Shown here: piece by piece, positions 60,726 through 64,000 of the stretch
Numbering within the stretch: position 1 is the stretch's first letter
How the letters are laid out: the number at the start of each line of letters is the position of its first letter
Assembly (NCBI RefSeq): GCF_009914755.1
Contig: NC_060934.1
DNA: 64,000 nt
Strand: one strand, 5' to 3'
From: the human T2T-CHM13v2.0 reference genome, Homo sapiens
Translations under genes and position numbers: made by a program
The notes under the pieces: model-generated
The model's input: only the letters and a program-made list of their open reading frames with translations
Database searches by the model: none
Told to the model about the DNA's origin: nothing

Positions 60726-61756
60726 GGAGCCAAGATGGCTGAGTAGGAACAGCTCTGGTCTACAGCTCCCAGCGTTAAGCGACACAGAACACGGGTGATT
60801 TCTGCATTTCCATCTGAGGTACCAGGTTCATCTCACTAGGGAGTGCCAGACAGTGGGCGCAGGACAGTGGGTGCAGCGCACCGTGCGCAAGCTGAAGCAG
60901 GGCAAGGCATTGCCTCACTCAGGAAGTGCAAGGAGTCGGGGAGTTCCCTTTCCTAGTCAAAGAAAGGGGTGACAGACGGCACCTGGAAATTCGGGTCACT
61001 CCCACCCTAATACTGCGCTTTTCCGACAGGCTTAAAAAACGGCGCACCAGGAGATTATATCCCGCACATGGCTTGGAGGGTCCTACGCCCACGGAGTCTC
61101 GCTGATTGCTAGCACAGCAGTCTGAGATCAAACTGCAAGGCAGCAGCCAGGCTGGGGGAGGGGTGCCCACCATTGCCCAGGCTTTCTTAGGTAAACAAAG
61201 CAGCCTGGAAGCTCGAACTGGGTGGAGCCCACCACAGCTCAAGGAGGCCTGCCTGCCTCTGTAGGCTCCACCTCTGGGGGCAGGGCACAGACAAACAAAA
61301 AGACAGCAGTAACCTCTGCAGACTTAAATGTCCCTGTCTGACAGCTTTGAAGAGAGCAGTGGTTCTCCCAGCACGCAGCTGGAGATCTGAGAACGGGCAG
61401 ACTGCCTCCTCAAGTGGGTCCCTGACCCCTGACCCCCAAGCAGCCTAACTGGGAGGCACCCCCCAGTAGGGGCAGACTGACACCTCACATGGCCCAGTAC
61501 TCCTCTGAGACAAAACTTCCAGAGGAACGATCAGACAGCAGCATTCGCGGTTCATAAAAATCCACTGTTCTGCAGACACCTCTGCTGATACCCAGGCAAA
61601 CAGGGTCTGGAGTGGACCTCTAGCAAACTCCAACAGACCTGCAGCTGAGGGTCCTGTCTGTTAGAAGGAAAACTAACAAACAGAAAGGACATCCACACCA
61701 AAAACCCATCTGTACATCACCATCATCAAAGACCAAAAGTAGATAAAACCACAAAG
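60726..61756. promoter_or_regulatory. L1 5'UTR bidirectional promoter (YY1 site near 60731; antisense promoter)
   Basis: CAAGATGGC YY1 core. Sense and antisense promoter activity is established for L1PA 5'UTRs; activity of this copy is unknown. Confidence 0.6.
60919..61173 (-). CDS. L1 ORF0 reading frame, open, 84 aa (MVGTPPPAWLLPCSLISDCC...)
   Basis: ATG at 61173 within track ORF 60919-61242; matches the primate ORF0 peptide as recalled; translation not shown. Confidence 0.5.
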   Translation of the reverse strand: MVGTPPPAWLLPCSLISDCCASNQRDSVGVGPSKPCAGYNLLVRRFLSLSEKRSIRVGVTRISRCRLSPLSLTRKGNSPTPCTS

Positions 61757-62769
61757 ATGGGGAAAAAACAGAGCAGAAAAACTGGAAATTCTAAAAAGCA
61801 GAGCACCTCTCCTCCTCCAAAGGAACGCAGTTCCTCACCAGCAACGGAACAAAGCTGGACGGAGAATGACTTTGACGAGTTGAGAGAAGAAGGCTTCAGA
61901 TGATCAAACTACTCCGAGCTACAGGAGGAAATTCAAACCAAAGGCAAAGAAGTTAAAAACTTTGAAAAAAATTTAGACAAATGTATAACTAGAATAACCA
62001 ATACAGAGAAGTGCTTAAAGTAGCTGATGGAGCTGAAAGCCAAGGCTCGAGAACTACGTGAAGAATGCAGAAGCCTCAGGAGCCAATGTGATCAACTGGA
62101 AGAAAGGTTATCAGTGATGGAAGATGAAATGAATGAAATGAAGCAAGAAGGGAAGTTTAGAGAAAAAAGAATAAAAACAAACAAAGCCTCCAAGTAATAT
62201 GGGACTATGTGAAAAGACCAAATCTACGTCTGATTGGTGTACCTGAAAGTGAGGGGGAGAATGCAACCAAGTTGGAAAACCCTCTGCAGGATATTGTCCA
62301 GGAGAACTTCCCCAATCTAGCAAGGCACGCCAACATTCAGACTCAGGAAATACAGAGAACGCCACAAAGATACTCCTCAAGAAGAGCAACCCCAAGACAC
62401 ATCATTGTCAGATTCACCAAAGTTGAAATGAAGGAAAAAATGTTAAGGGCAGACAGAGAGAAAGGTCAGGTTACCCACAAAGGGAAGTCCATCAGACTAA
62501 CAGCTGATCTCTTGGCAGAAACTCTACAAGCCAGAAGAGAGTGGGAGCCAATATTCAACATTCTTAAAGAAAAGAATTTTCAACCAAGAATTTCATATCC
62601 AGCCAAACTAAGCTTCATAAGTGAAGGAGAAATAAAATTCTTTACAGACAAGCAAATGCTGAGAGATTTTGTCACCACCAGGCCTGCCCTAAAACAGCTC
62701 CTGAAGGAAGCACTAAACATGGAAAGGAACAACCAGTTCCAGCCACTGCAAAATCATGGCAAATTGTAA
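61757..62769 (+). pseudogene. L1 ORF1p, disrupted
   Basis: ATG 61757; TGA at codon 49 (61901), TAG at 62021, small deletion near 62175; RRM/CTD part open (62209-62769). Confidence 0.92.
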
Positions 62770-62832
62770 AGACCATCGAGGCTAGGAAGAAACTGCATCA
62801 ACTAACGAGCAAAATAACCAGCTAACATCATA

Positions 62833-64000
<1,168 letters not shown>

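Overview
This is primate genomic DNA, very likely human or great ape, judging from AluY/S/J, L1PA2/3/8 and THE1B. It is AT-rich and dominated by interspersed repeats: L1s of many ages, Alu, MIR, L2, L3/CR1, MaLR/ERVL LTRs and Tigger1/MER DNA transposons. I recognise no cellular protein-coding exon, RNA gene or CpG-island promoter. Almost every ORF in the track is transposon-derived or chance. LTRs and most L1s lie on the + strand, which fits a large intron of a minus-strand gene (inference). The most notable structures are: (1) a cluster of three L1s in alternating orientation at 50.4-64 kb, made of a twin-primed L1PA2 that lacks ~1.5 kb and carries in-frame chimeric ORFs, a near-full-length L1PA8 missing its extreme 5' end, and a head-to-head L1PA3 that keeps the ZNF93-target segment and an open ORF0; (2) an L1PA3 fragment with no TSD, bounded by TTCAACCA microhomology, consistent with non-TPRT or circular-DNA capture; (3) a four-level nested TE stack with intact TSDs; (4) a probable L1-insertion-mediated deletion; (5) many small templated-insertion and quasi-palindrome scars. 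Subfamily names come from recalled consensus diagnostics, not from a RepeatMasker run. Boundaries of old elements are approximate. The sequence alone does not demonstrate a new biological system.
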